Positions 21,669 to 33,627 of a stretch of 64,000 bases of DNA are shown piece by piece. Made by a program: the position numbers and the translations under genes. The notes under the pieces were generated by a model. It saw only the letters and a list, made by a program, of their open reading frames with translations. It was not told where the DNA came from and made no database searches. The stretch's first letter is position 1, and each line of letters starts with the position of its first letter. This stretch comes from Heteronotia binoei (Eukaryota), in contig NC_083230.1 in assembly GCF_032191835.1 (NCBI RefSeq), positions 48,918,001 to 48,982,000 on the forward strand, written 5' to 3'.

Positions 21669-23742
21669 CAGGCCTGTAGCTATGGTGGGGTCCATAGGGA
21701 CATGGCCCCACCACTAAAACACTGAGGCCAGGATCCTGGCCCCACCATTCACACATACTCCTCAATGCCTCCTGACTCCCAGAGTTCCATTGCTCCTGGG
21801 TGGGTTGTTCCCTGGTGGGGGAGCGAACAGCAAAGTAGGTGAGTCTTTGCAGGATGCTTGGTGCGCTGCGGCGGTGGCTGTGGAGGAGCATGGCATGCCT
21901 CCTGAGAACAAGCTGCTCACATTTGAGTTGGGAGTCAGTGCAGAGCTGCTGGTGGAGGGGCAGCCGTGCCTGCCACACCTTCAGTAGCCCCAACAGTGAG
22001 CCGATGAGCCAGCCAGCCAGCCAGCTGGGAGGGAGAGGCTTCCCTCAGGGCTGGGGCAGAGTTTGGTACCACAGCCCCCAATGGGCTTGTGCTAAATTGT
22101 AAGAAAAAGCCCCCTACTTTTCATACACATGGACATCGTGATCACCAGTATGGTTGCCAGGGTGCCTGGAGTTTTGACTCGCACACATCTGCTCTAAGAA
22201 GTGGACTTTGCCCACGGTTTGGATACTATATGGATACTATAAGCCTCAGCTTTGCAGCAGCATTCTACATCTCTGGATGGGTGTTAGCCAGAACTACGGA
22301 CGAGCTTCCAGCTGCTCCTTGTGTGCCCAGTCTTGGCCGCTGCAGTGGAAGAAGCCACGCCACCATGAACTGTACAGGCAAACAGTTTCCAGCCTATTTC
22401 CATGAACCAAAGGCTAACACCACCAGAATCCATCTTGTTTTCCTGACTCCATATCCAACAGCTGCTTCAACTTCTACATAAGGCAATCAAGCTTATCTTA
22501 GGCGTGGATCCTGCCAGACCGCCTAAGCCTTTGTCTAACAGAACTCAAGACAAAGACTGGTGCCAAGAAGAACACTGAACAAGAGGAAGACCATCTTCAG
22601 CCAGAGCCAAGTTCCTTTGTGTAAACTGGGTGTTACCTTAGGTAGCAATTTGGCCATTTATTGTCACCTTTGTAGATAAGTTTGGTAAACTCAAGCACAC
22701 CTCCTCCCAGTAATTCCCCCCATTCTTTTCCCAATTTTGGAGCCTCACCCTGGTCCATTGCAACCTGAAAGTCCAACCAGGTACCCCTGGACCAAGCTTG
22801 TTCATTGGTCAGTCATGGGCACCCAATTAGGTGCCACCAATTAACTTGCTATTGGCTACTGCAGAAGTCCAGCCCTTATGGTCACTGCAGAGCCTCCCCT
22901 TTTCTGAGGTCATGTACCAGCTGACCACCTGTCATCCACCCCTGTAGCTCCCATCCCCTAATGGCTCAAGGTAGTCTATATAACCTGTAACACAGCTCCC
23001 CACATGTGTGCATCTAGCAGTACCCTAGTTCCGCTGTCTTGATCCATCCCCGATTCCTGATCAGTTTTGGGTCCATTTTCCCCGTCCTCTATCGTCGCCA
23101 TTGGAGCCTTCTTAAGACTATGATCGGTAATTATCACCCTGTTTGTCTACCCATGTGTTGTCTCTATCTCTCTCTCTATTTTTCTTAGGACTGTATGTAT
23201 GATTTTATGAGTATTTTATCTTGTATGGAAGCCTATATTCTTCTGGAATAAATTTTAATTGTTTTACTTAATTAGAGTCCCTAATATTTTTAAGCATTAA
23301 TTTCTGGATGTGGAATCCTGTATACACAGGTAAAAGATCCTGATTAAGCCAGGTGCCCACCTGACAATTTCCCAACCTCGTTTTGAGGGCATTTTGGCTT
23401 AGAGAATGCTGTTCTCCTGCCTGCCCCACCATTTCTCAGCCCCCCTCCCTCTATACAAGACTCCCCAGGCAGGTGCCACAATCTGCAGCCTCAGGGCCCG
23501 TTTAGAGTGCTCTCCTCAGTGCAAGGCCAGAGCTGCTTGGGGCACCTGTCCATTGGGGGGGAGGGTTCATGGGGATCCTTCTCTAGCTCTGGGTTGGAGG
23601 CTGTGCTCTTAAAGGCATCCCTCCCTACCTTCCAGCGATGAGAGCCCAGCCAGGACCACCAGACAAGGAATCCCCTTGGCCCCCCTGACAAAAAATCCTA
23701 GCTATGTGCCCCACCAAACTTTACATCCTGGCTATGGTCCTG
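21669..23742. mobile_element. hAT-type non-autonomous element carrying an LTR insertion
   Basis: TIRs CAGGCCTGTAGC / GCTATGGTCCTG (9/12); TSD-like CTTCTGGG (21661-21668) vs TTCTTGGG (23743-23750); same TIR class as 30857-31083. Confidence 0.6.
22098..23366 (+). mobile_element. Probable solo LTR (inner), 1269 bp
   Basis: TG...CA termini (TGTAAG...CTGACA), TATA-like CTATATAA at 22976-22983, AATAAA at 23247-23252; TSD ambiguous. Confidence 0.6.
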
Positions 23743-24984
23743 TTCTTGGGCACCAATGATTCAGCAATTACTCAAATAAAGTGAACGAGGGTGTTTGGAA
23801 AACACTGGAATAAAAGCCTGTCAATATAAACATCTAAGTAAACCTCTCATTAGCCTGATATTTAAGAGCTTGTACTAGTTTTACCTCAGTAATTTCAACC
23901 CCTGATTTCACCTGACCTTTCCCCTTGATAGTAAATAAAACTGTTTGTTATACTTGAATTTTAAAGCATCTCAAGTGCCATTTTAAAGGGTGATCCTATC
24001 CCTTCCTTCAGTTTCCTGGGCTGAGCAAATAGCCAAAATATACCTTTACTTACTGGGTGGAAAAGCCAGTTTCTTAAGGGGAGAAGAAACACATTACCAG
24101 AGCTGCTCTGACAGTGAATGGAAAGAAGTTAAATCTTGCCTCTGAGGGAGGGAAGTGGATGGGGTCCATCATATGAGCAGATACATACACCCGGCAATAT
24201 CAGTTTATTACTGCTCTGAGCTAAACACAAAGAAGAGGGAGTTATGCAGAGGTCATTCAAAACAAGGAATTTTGGGGAAATGTAACTTTTGTAAAAATAT
24301 GCTTTTCTTTCTCCACACTCCTTTTTCCTAGATGTGTTGTCATTTTGCAACTTCCTGCCAGTTACACATCAGCTCCTTGATCCAGTTAAAATTAGTCAAA
24401 ATTACCGTAAGTCATATTGAAACCAATGGAATGCCTTCAATGAGATTTAGTCACAGCTAACTTTTGCTGGGTTTCTAGGAGCTGATGTCTTCTATTTTTA
24501 AGTCGTTTTGAAAACTTACTACTATAGGAGGGGGGAAGGTAAAGGAGAATAAACAGCTGCTACCACAATGTGAAACCAACTTAGCTCAGAATTCTACACA
24601 GGACCTGGGTGCTCATCATTGTTTTAGATGCGAAAAGGAGTGTCCTTTCCTCTCCCTGTGATTAAAAAGGAAAGAATGGCTGGTCTATTGTTGCAGAGTT
24701 TTGTACAGGCTGACTGCTCCTATGGAAGGCTATACAAGGAATGGCATTCAAGAAGTGAATCCTGACATATGGTTAGCAATACTGGGTGGGGATTCTGGAA
24801 GAGCAGTGGGATGAACCTTGTTCAGCATTATGCAGTAGGATAACGGACGAGTCTTAACTAAAACAAGTATTCGTTATTGATAGCCTGATCCAACATGTTT
24901 TATTTGCAAATAAGCCCCATCAAGTTCAATGACCATTTCCTCTCGTTCTTAAAGTATCATCAGAATCGCAATCCTAACCTAACA

Positions 24985-25085
24985 TTTGGATCTGATGAAA
25001 CGAGCTCGCTCTGACCCACGAAAGCTTATACGGGACTACTTTTTGTTAATATTTAGGCACCGTGCCACTTGACTGCTGTTTAATC
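24985..25085 (+). mobile_element. Penelope pLTR fragment with minimal hammerhead ribozyme core
   Basis: GGAT-CTGATGA (24992-24998)-21 nt-GAAA (25020-25023)-GCTT-ATAC, followed by a degenerate TTTGTTAATATTTAGG Penelope terminus. Confidence 0.65.
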
Positions 25086-25099
25086 TTTCCCTAAAAGCA

Positions 25100-26370
25100 C
25101 TATCCACTAAAGGCGTGGAGTGGGGTGACTCTTTCCCCTGCACCATATCCGTCTCCAGCTACCGTAATGAGATATGGTGCGCGCCTTTGTGAGTTACTTC
25201 CTTTTTTTCCCTCGCGGACAGCAGTTCCGAGCTACTTTTCTGTTTCTATGGTCTGCGGCAGGATGGGGCCCTGCATAAGGGGGAGGGGAGGCAGGCAGGC
25301 TGCAGTGTCGCCAAGCTGAGCCGCGCGCCTGCGCGTAGCGAGCAGAGTGGAGAGGTCACCCCCCCACACACACACTCCGGTCCCCTCCCCTTCACCACCA
25401 CCGGACTGAGCAAAGGAAACCAGAGCGAGGCTGGGCGTGCAGCGTCACGGCGACGGCTGCAAGCCTCGCCCAGCCAGAGGCAGCGAAAGCGGAGGGCGTG
25501 TGTGTGGAGCGGGGTTCAGCCCGGGAGGAGGCGGTGGACGGAAGGGAGCGGCAGCGCAGTCCGGTAGGTAGAAGCGGCCATGGCAAGGCGGGCGGCTGGG
25601 CCCGGTGTCGGGTGGGTGGGAAGCAAGGAAGGAGCGGCGGTGCGGCGCGGGTGCTGCCATGGCACGGAACGGGTGGTGGCTGCGGCGAGGGTCTTGACAC
25701 AGGTGGCTCGGGAGGCGGCAAGGGCCCCCGAGAGGAAGGTGGAGGCGGTGCTCTGCAGACGGGACAAGGCTCTCGAACATGGCGGAGGCGGAACGGAGCG
25801 CGACCGCTCCCCTCCGTAGGAAGAAGCCGGACTACCTTGAGGAGCCCCTTCCTTCCTTCCTTCCCTCCCTCCCCTCCTCCCGCTCCACGGCCGCCTCCCG
25901 GGGAGAAGTTCGAGCGGGAGGGGAAAGTTAGAGCTCCTTTGCCGCAGCCGCCCGCGCTTGGGACTCGCCCGGGTGGGGTGAGGGGGATCCCTCCCGCCCC
26001 GAAGAAAGTTCTCGCCGGCCCGTCGGCTGGACTCAGCGGCTTCGGCCTCTGTGGGGAGCCGCAGCCCCGCCTAGTCCGGCTGGATCGAAGCTGTTCACTG
26101 TTTCCATTCTCCGCCCCGCCGGGAAGCTGGGTGGCCGCTCTTCGGGCTACGATAGGCCTCTTCCGCTTCCCAGTCTCCTGCCAGGATCTCTTTCGAGCCC
26201 CTGAAGGAAGAGCGACGTCGAACCCGCCTTCCGATCGGAAGAAGCGCATCCCGTGCCGGTCCCCCCCCTTTGACCGGGGGGGGGGGTATTCTTCTGTGGC
26301 AGCCTGGTCGGATTTGGGCGAAAGTCTGGGGGGAAATACGCACTTTGAAAGAGTTGCCTAGCGAGTATTA
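25100..26370 (+). promoter_or_regulatory. RAP1B: CpG island / RAP1B promoter and 5' end of intron 1
   Basis: Only CpG-dense, non-repeat GC-rich block in the window. NRF1-type GCGCCTGCGC at 25325-25334 and CRE half-site CGTCA at 25443-25447. Lies upstream of the first coding exon. Confidence 0.85.
25400..25563 (+). other. RAP1B: Probable non-coding exon 1 of RAP1B (start approximate)
   Basis: ATG-free GC-rich segment ending in donor CCG|GTAGGT (25564); would join the acceptor at 44348. TSS cannot be determined from sequence. Confidence 0.6.
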
Positions 26371-27499
26371 TATTGATTACAGACTGGTTAGAGGAATTTG
26401 TCCCCTTAAGGAATTGAGATCAAAACAGAATAAATAAGAGAGTGAGAAAATAAAATAAAAAACAAAGGTTATACCACAGTCAACGGATCTTTAAGACACA
26501 ATCTTTAAGGAAAATTAGACCACTGATGCTGTACTTTATGACATTTCTAATACAGAGTTAATGTCCTTAAGTGCTTGGAATGAGACTCTGCTGTGTGATT
26601 GCTGAATTCTGCTTTGGTTAGTTTAGTTTTGTGAAGTAAACTTTTCAAAGTAGCAGTCTTTGTTAGATGCCATATGCTTCTGACCTGTTGTGGTGTTTAA
26701 GTGTCTTGTTTGCTTGCCTGCCGCTGATGTTGCTTTCTTCAGCTTCTTGCTGTTATCTTTGAGTGGCTGTATAGTTTCTAGTTGATCTAGTCTAATTCAA
26801 TATTTGAGTAACTTCCTGTTTGAAAAACTGAAACCTGACAAGACTGAAGTAATGGTGAAGTAATGGTCTTCTGAATTTGGAGGTGGAATCAGAAATCCAA
26901 TCTCTTGTCATTTCAGTATTGTGGCCTTGTGGTGCTCCTGAAACCAGCACTCTGGCAAGAAAGTCAGGATACAGTCATGACAAGAAATGTTGTTTCCCAA
27001 TTCAGCATCTCAGTTTCAAGGTCTGAATTAATCATTTGGGTTTTCTCATGCTACCTAAATGAGATTATCTTTGAAAGCAGTTCAGAGAATGGAGCACTGT
27101 ACTTCCTGCATAACTTTCCCATCCAGTTCTGGTTATATTTTATTATGTTGACTTGTGTCTATAAAGTCCTGAATAGCTTGAGCTGTAAGTAGCAACTACT
27201 TTTTATCCAAGTTTGATTGTCAAAAGAAGTCTCTAGCAGTAATTTTTGAGGATGAAAGTTGATTGTGCTTTGTGATTGCCCAAAACCCAAGGGCCTTCTT
27301 CCCCTGAGGATACATCAAAACCTAGATATTTTGGCAAAGCCATGGAAGACTTATGAAGTGTGGCTGAGTTAGTAGGCAGTTGGAAGTTGAATTTGAACTT
27401 GTGCCTGGACACAGTTTGGAAGTTCATGTTGGGATTAAGCTTCAGTTTATTAACACACAAGACAGAAATGCTACTGGTGAGTAAGTAGAAGGCCTAATC

Positions 27500-28525
27500 C
27501 AGGATTTAAGGTGTCACCCATTCTGGATGGGGTTGCACTCCTCTTGAAGGAACAGGTTCATAGTCTGGGTATGCTTTTGGACTATTGTGGTCAGTTGTGG
27601 CCAAATGAGCCTTTTACCAGCTTTGAGTGGTTAGCCAGCTGTATCCTTTCCTAGACAGAAAAGATCTGGCTCAAGGGTGTCCAAACTCTGGCTCAGGAGC
27701 CACATGTGGCTCTTTCGCACGTATTGTATGGCTCTTTCAGCTTCCACTGCCCTGTCAGCCAGTTTAGAGAAGGCATTTGTGTCTTTAAATCTCTTCTACA
27801 AGCCAAGTCAGCCAGCAGCTTGGAGAATGCATTTAAAATTGCTTTCTTTCCACCTCTCTCTCCCCCATCTATTTTCCTTCCTTCCCTGTGGCTCTCAAAC
27901 ATATTCTGTTTATTCTATGTGGCTTTTACATTAAGCAAGTTTGTCCACCCCTGATCTGGATACTGTGGTACATGCCCTACTTACATCTAGAGTATATTAC
28001 TGCAATTTGCGATACATTGTGCTGCCCTTGAGAAGTGTTTTGAAACTTCAGTTGGTTCAGAATGGATATTGCCAGGATACTGAGTGAAGTGGGCCTTTAT
28101 AACTCCAGTCTTGGCCCATTTACGCTAGCTCCCAATCTGTTTCCAGGCACAGTTCAAGGTGTTGAGCTTTAAAGGTCTATAAGGTTTAGAACCAACATGC
28201 TTGAAGGACTGCCTACTCCAGCCACAATGATCATCTTTCAGAGATAAGGGCCTTTTTGGTTATGGTGCCAAAACTCTAGAGCTCTCTTCCGGATAAATTT
28301 GGGTTTCCTCTTCTGTTGTTATCTTCCATCAGTAGGTGAAGACTGTTGTGTTTGTTTTGGCTTCCATGAATAATATTTTAATCATTGTTTTTGTATGTAT
28401 TAATTTAATGATGATTTAATGATGTTCTAATTAGGTGTTTTTATTAGTTTTAAATATATTATAGGTTTTAATTTGTTAGCAGCCTTGGTGGCACTTATAA
28501 GACAGGTCATAAGTCAGGGCATAAG
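27500..28525 (+). mobile_element. Decayed L2 LINE 3' fragment, interrupted by a MITE
   Basis: Homologous to the L2 at 53970-55560 (VHAL.TSR..YCN...LPL motif region around 27960-28060); AT-rich 3' UTR and L2-type tail near 28480-28525. Confidence 0.8.
27672..27953. mobile_element. hAT-type MITE, 282 bp
   Basis: TIRs CAAGGGTGTCCAAAC / GTTTGTCCACCCCTG (12/15); TSD ATCTGGCT (27664-27671) vs ATCTGGAT (27954-27961), 7/8. Confidence 0.85.
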
Positions 28526-29925
28526 TTGTTTTTTTTTAAAAAAAAATTAAAGTTCTGCAAAATGGTCAGAAGAAATTCAGTCTTAAAACTCTTCCTTGTT
28601 TTTCCAGTTGTATATTTGAAAGTTAGCAGGAACTTTGGGCCAGTATAGCTGTGTTGTACTGATGACAAGAAGACCTAATATCAGCTCAGAGAGACGGCAT
28701 CTCTGCTGGCTATATATGCAGAGCTGTATGTCAGGCATCCAGATCTCTTCTGAAAAGAGAATATTTGAATTCTTATAATTGCCTAGAAGGAGAGCGGAAT
28801 GAGGATGAGATGATTTTATTCTTTTAAATGCTTTAAGGAGTCTTTGTGCAATATTTCCAAGTGACCTCAAAATTAATGCGTAGTTCTAAACATAACTTCA
28901 TTTGTGTAGGTCATATATTTTCTCCATGACTTCATGGGTTATAATGTAAACGAACTTTAGAAATAGAAATTTTACTGCTTTGTTTAATAATGAATCATAT
29001 GGTTAGTAGTCCACTAGGCCAGTGTTATCAATAAAGTATGGTCAAAAGTTTTTAACTTGGGATGGTTTTTTCTAAAACATTTCAGTGCCTCAGTCTCTTA
29101 ATCTTGATAGTTCCTCTATAATCTTTGTTCCAAGGTTAACAAATGACTCAAATCTTTAGTTTGTAAAACAAGAAGATAAATCACATGACACTTAAGAGGG
29201 AAAAAATTAACAACTCACTGAGAGATGACTGGCTTGTCGTCCTGGGGAGCAATTGAGTGGCACTCCAGTGAAATTATATGTGTTTAAGGCAGCCATGTTA
29301 GTTTATGTGTCTGCTACATATATAAGATGGGGAGTGGGGTGGCAATCAGATTTTTACATCAAAAGGGAAATCAAGATGAGGACAGCATTTTTGATCTGGA
29401 GAAGTCCTGTGTAACAACCCATAGAGCATGCTTAAAGCAAAGAAGGTTTTGTGATTTTCTACAGGTACCCTGAGAATTGGGGAGTGACTATGACTAAATG
29501 CTGTCTTCCAAAGGATGGTGGATTCTTCTTTTTTTCACGCTGAAGAAGAAATCTTAGATGTAGGACATTTAGCATTAAGTTTGTCTGTTGCCTTTGATTC
29601 TTATGAGTGATCAGCTCAGTAACACTCAGCATTTTTTTATGGTAGCTAACTTGACCACTCTAAATTTCTCACTATTTCCAGATGAAGACGGTCCTGTGGG
29701 GGGAGAGGCTTCCACTTTGACCCAATGTAATTATTACTGTTGGCTTGCAGGATTATCTCTATGAAAAAGATGGCACAAGTGGAGATGCAACATATCTGGA
29801 AAGTCAGAAGCCATGAAAATACTGGAAATGGGAATATAGGCAATATTTTCCTGTCAGATTAAAACTTACTTTACTGATTTAACAAAATACAATGCATCAT
29901 ACAATGTGGCAGGATGAACACTGGT

Positions 29926-30003
29926 CAAGGATACTCTAGGCTGATGCTGCATTGAGCAGAAGGTTGGACTAGATGGCCTGTATAGTCCCTTCCAACTCTG
30001 ATT
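29926..30003 (+). mobile_element. CR1 3' tail fragment
   Basis: GCATTGAGCAGAAGGTTGGACTAGATGGCCTGTATAGTCCCTTCCAACTCTGATT. Confidence 0.65.
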
Positions 30004-30856
30004 TACAACACAATCCTAAGAAAAGTTACTCCAGTCTAAGTCTATTGATTTCAGTGAACTTAGACTGGAGTAACTGCTTAGGATTGCACTGTTAGAATGT
30101 AAACTTGTAGAGTTTGGCATGCTTATGGAATTTAAAAGTATAAGAAAAATTACAGATATTACCAGTATTTGAAAGGGAGTTGCAAACAGCTGGGCCCTAT
30201 GCTGGCTTAGCACATATAACTTATTTTTTGTCATGTGATAGGTAGGAAGAATAAACATGGAACTCAGGAAACAAATTCCGTTTAAAGCAAATTTTCTTCA
30301 GACAAAAACACTACCAAAATATTAGAATATTAAGTGAAACTTTATTAAAGAGTTCAGTATTTTCATTGTAGTAATGTATTATCATCAAACGTGTTATAGC
30401 GTATTAATTGTTGCCAGAATTATGTACATTTAAACAGCAGACACAAGCTTGGATCCAGACTAGCATTTTTTGGGTGCTAGGAAATCTGGTTTCTCTGCAA
30501 GAAATTCGTGCATCTGTGGAAAGCATTAGTCTGGATTCAAGCCATATGCTTGAAAACACATTGTATGTGTCTACAATGTATGTAGGAATTATTATCTAAT
30601 GCTGTAGGTTGTCTTATAAAAAAAAATTATGCTATGCATTTTGCCTTGCCTTGACAAACGTTTCATTCATTCCAAAAGAGAAAACATTCCTCCAAATTTC
30701 CCAAATTGAAAAAATACTCAAGGGTCCTTTTATTGTTTTTCTGGGCTTTCACATCTTTAGGTGCAAGGAATATGTCAAGGTAGTCATGCAGATAAGAGTA
30801 TTTCAAAGCAATCAGCTGGGGTAGATGATATAAAGCATTAAAAAGAGTTCTGGAGT

Positions 30857-31083
30857 CAGGCCCGTAGCCAGAAAATTTTAAACAGGAGGGCCGAGGGATA
30901 GGAGAGCGAGAAAGGTGGAAAGCAGTGGGTGAGGAAGGCAGATGTGGAAGGCAAGCAAGGAAAGTGGCGGGTGAACGAGGAAGGCAGCGGACAAGCAGTG
31001 GAGGAGCCAGAAAGGTAAAACACAGGGGGAAGATTTGTGGGGCTGGGCTGCTACGTCCCCCCCCCCCAATAGCTACAGGCCTT
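30857..31083. mobile_element. hAT-type MITE, 227 bp
   Basis: TIRs CAGGCCCGTAGC / GCTACAGGCCTT; TSD TCTGGAGT (30849-30856) vs TCTGGAGC (31084-31091), 7/8. Confidence 0.8.
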
Positions 31084-32949
31084 TCTGGAGCTGAAAGACT
31101 TGTTTGAAGGATCTAGAGTAGAAGAAGGGTGATTGAATTTGTTGTGGTATTGTATATGGGAGGGAAGGAACAAGCAGGCAGATTCACATACGAGCTCTAT
31201 AGCTTCTATATAAGGTAAGTATTACAGTAATCTTGCTTATACTAGGCCCCTATTCTAGAGATCGAGAACCTGCTTGAGCACACATCTCAGCTATATTTGG
31301 TCGCATATACATTGTTTTCTTTTACAGCTGAGGGCTTTGCTGTCTGAGGACTTTTGGGCTTATATGACAAGTTTTTTCCCAGGACCTATTTTGTGAAGTC
31401 TTTTAGAGGTTTTCTTTAATTGAAGTTTGATTTTTGATTGTCTTTTCTAATAGTATTAAATTATGGGGAAAACCACATCAGAAGATGAAAGAGAAGAGTC
31501 AGTATGCAAAGTGATGTTTAATAACGTTTCTCAAAAAAGTAAAAACACACACTAATTCTGTTCTCTGCTATTAATTTACTTTTTATAGTATCTAAGTCTT
31601 TTTTCTGATAGTATTTACTTACTTGGGACCTACTTGCAACACTGCTCATGTTTTAGCACAGTGCTAAAATTATTTCTCTTTACTTGAATCATTGGAACGT
31701 ATATAGATACTAATTATGAAAAATTAGGATACAACATATGCACATAGAAGGGGAGTCAAAACAATATAGGCAGATCAGCTGTTGGATTTTTAAACATAAT
31801 TTGGCGGTCTCACAGGCCCTTTGATACAACTATCAAGTGAGGCAATCATAGGGCTGGTGATCCAGTCTTCTTGCCAATCAGACGTGGGATTATTAGTGCA
31901 TGGATGTTCTCTTCCTTGAGACAGTGGCAGAAACTTGTCGATATTAACTCCAACTACAGCCAGTCCTCATATTTTTCTCAAAAGGACATGTTGTGATAGG
32001 CCTGCATTGTGGGTGCTATGAAAGATCTCTGAAGAAAGAGCTCCAAACGTAATGACTTTAAAACGGATTCTTTTCTTCCAGCTCTGGGGTTATAGGTCAG
32101 CATACTATTTTTGACTCTCAAAAGGAAGGCATGGATGTGTTGAACAACCAGACTGCTCCTGCACATTGCCAAAAATTTCTGCTCCTTCAGTCTTGCTGGA
32201 TGGGCTTTTTCCTTTATGCCAACCTTGAATTATACCCTCTTCTTTTCACGCTTCAGCTGGCTCTTTGATCCCTACCTCCTTTTTTCATATAAATGAGTCC
32301 AGGGGTTTGGCAGTGAATGACACTGAATGCAGCATTTTGTGTATAGCGTGTAAGCTTGTGCAGTAGGGCTAGAAAAGTAATTGGAAATAGTGGATGCCAG
32401 CGTGAGATGCCAACTTCAGATTTTTAGGTGCTAGCCCTATCCATATGCTATCCAGTGAACTAAAAATGAGCTCAAAACAATTCAGTAATTCCATCTAAGA
32501 CCTGCTTGTTTTCAGTGGTCTTGTGTAATCAATGGCTTTATTGATTGTGGGTTAAAGTTCTCTGCAGTTCATAGTAAGGACATATTAAGTCTTTGGAGCT
32601 GCAGTTTCCACAGTAATTATCTAATATATGGCTGGAAGTGACTTGAACAGATGTATATAATGTGTTAAAATATTCTTTTACATTTTTTCTTATTGATAAA
32701 TTGCTCCATCAAAATCTCGCATGTTCTCTTTACATCTCTAGTTGATTATTTGGTTCAAAGGAAACCAAATTTCCATGGGAAAAATCGAACTATCGTACTC
32801 ATATTTGTTTTCATTAGACTAGTGTAATGTAGAATTATAGGATTTGATTGAGCACTGTTACGTTTTACTGTGTGAAATGGCAAAATCCACTTGCAAACGA
32901 TAGCTGAAGTGGACCGAAACAGCATTGTTTAGCATGTGTGAAAGCGCCC

Positions 32950-33627
32950 TTGTTTACCAACTCCAGGTTGGGAAATTCCAGGAGATTCGGGGTGCTGAGC
33001 TTGAAATGGCACAGTTGGGGAGGTGGGACATCAGCAAGGTCTAACTCCATGCACTGCATGTCAAGCATGGAAGATTCAGATAACCAAGCAATTATTTAAT
33101 ACAAAGTCTTAGTTTATTGATACTCTATTGCTGCTCGTCAGTAAGACACCTTGAAAGTGATACAAAGTATTTCAATGCCTAAAGGTTTAAGGGTTACATC
33201 AAAGCACTTTGGGAATGATAGTTCAAAGACATAACAAGGACATGTGAATTACTACGTATCTACACATAGCTATCTTTGTGGTTAAAACTTCCCTGGTCTC
33301 ACACATACAGTTGATGGTTACAGTGTGGAATCCTTCTGGGAGGCACCTGTTATCAAAGCAGCACATTCCTTCATTTGCTACTCATAGGTGGGAAAAAGAA
33401 AATGGAGGGTAGAAGGCAGGATGGTTCTTTGGCTTTGATATGCAATTGCATGGGAAAGCATTCTACAGGAATATCAAACTTAACATTTAATACTGAGTAT
33501 AAACCATATGCTTGACACTGCATCCTCCCAAGCAGCCATTTTCTCTAGAGAAGCAGATCTCTGTAGTCTGGAGGTCATTTGTAATTCCAGGAGATTCTCA
33601 TGCCCTACCTGGAGGTAGGCAACCCTG
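32950..33627. mobile_element. MITE of the TAGGGTTGCC family hosting a solo LTR
   Basis: Degenerate left end TTGTTTACCAACTCCAGG, right end GGAGGTAGGCAACCCTG; internal sequence is continuous across the LTR insertion. Confidence 0.55.
33059..33517 (-). mobile_element. Solo LTR, 459 bp
   Basis: Perfect 10-bp inverted termini TGTCAAGCAT...ATGCTTGACA; perfect 5-bp TSD CTGCA (33054-33058, 33518-33522); AATAAA on the minus strand at 33113-33118. Confidence 0.82.

Larger units (their letters stand above)
20984..24113 (+). mobile_element. Probable solo LTR (outer), split by a hAT element
   Basis: Termini TGTCAAAG...CTCTGACA (7/8 inverted); AATAAA at 23934-23939; about 1.05 kb after removing the insert; no TSD found. 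Confidence 0.5.

Noticed and set aside
25392-26361. Overlapping 285-aa (-) and 287-aa (+) ORFs over the CpG island
   Set aside because: Stop-codon scarcity in very GC-rich DNA, low-complexity translations, and they span the exon 1 donor. An antisense promoter transcript cannot be excluded but is not evidenced.
26845-26866. 11-bp tandem duplication TGAAGTAATGG x2; also an 18-bp-period duplication at 48790-48824
   Set aside because: Ordinary replication-slippage duplications in intronic DNA with no functional signal.
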